NCBI GenBank assembly: GCA_964016885.1 | Contig: OZ024743.1 | Coordinates: 30,938,001-31,002,000 of the forward strand | DNA length: 64,000 nucleotides | Source: Eledone cirrhosa | Taxonomy: Eukaryota | Reading direction: 5' to 3' | Part shown: positions 63,501 to 64,000 of the stretch, one piece after another | How the letters are laid out: every line of letters begins with the position of its first letter | How positions within the stretch are numbered: position 1 is the first letter of the stretch | Translations under genes and position numbers: made by a program | The notes under the pieces: generated by a model | What the model was told of the DNA's origin: nothing | Database searches by the model: none | What the model saw: only the letters and a program-made list of their open reading frames with translations

Positions 63501-64000
63501 TTTGCATGAAATTCAAACTGGTCAGAAATATCAAATGAATTATTTCAAAATCAAAAACAAAAGGTTCGACATGACCTCATTGCTCGGGTTTTCCATGAAG
63601 AGCAAATAAAAAAAAAACCAGGCTCATTAAAGAAATAAGAATCTTTGGTGAGCTTAGTGCTTGGATGACCACTATTGAGTGGCAGAAGAGAGGTCTTCGT
63701 CACTCTCATACACTAATTTGATGCAAGGAGAAGATAAGACCAGAAGATATTGATAAGATCATTTCAGCAGAGTTGCCTGATAAACGTGGTGATCCAGAGC
63801 TCTTTGAAACCATCATGTCCAAACTCATTCATGGTCCATGTGGAGTCATCAATCCAGCCTCTCCCTGCATGAAAAATCAAAAATGCAGCAAACATTATCC
63901 TGGAGCTTTTATTCGGAAAACTCGGACTAACAGTAATGGATACTCCCTCTATCATAGGCGTAGACTAGAATATGGAGACAATACTGCAAGCCTAACAGTT
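60561..64000 (+). mobile_element. Helitron (left boundary tentative), continues beyond the window
   Basis: tatataaa..ctgtgtgtccg resembles animal Helitron 5' ends; purine-rich repeats in the leader; RepHel coding from 62069. Confidence 0.7.
62069..64000 (+). pseudogene. Helitron RepHel N-terminal/Rep domain with stops and frameshifts
   Basis: GKMNKCCQYSGAKKW..LCCSKVKV zinc-finger region; KYNSAFQMTSFG; GQCYHLMGGLLP; YAKLETERLGFLRRNQTNLRADNYIHLRDA; HUH motif IEWQKRGLRHSHTLI (~63675); DKIISAELPD; HGPCG. Confidence 0.93.

Overview
AT-rich, repeat-saturated eukaryotic non-coding DNA with no recognisable host gene. The SINE types and extreme (TA)n/(CA)n load suggest an octopus-like cephalopod, which is an inference from recalled repeat sequences. 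Nearly all ORFs in the supplied track are microsatellite translations. The real coding remnants are all transposon-derived: Penelope-like (PLE) RT/GIY-YIG pieces (including a decayed element bracketed by ~1.3 kb inverted repeats at 36.7-41.3 kb), RTE-type LINE 3' ends with 5' inversions, a decayed CR1/L2-like LINE and a Helitron RepHel at the right end. The most striking signal is a dense population of about 20 intact or degenerate type I hammerhead ribozyme (HHR) motifs, found by eye, from roughly ten unrelated short non-coding element families. These elements sit in (TA)n tracts, usually as head-to-head fold-backs (both 3' ends facing out into TA repeats) and sometimes as circularly permuted ~500 bp tandems. 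Unusual ribozyme variants include a U3-A8 core, a recurrent C.C mismatch in stem II and a possible stem-II-less form. All folds were done by hand and no activity is demonstrated.
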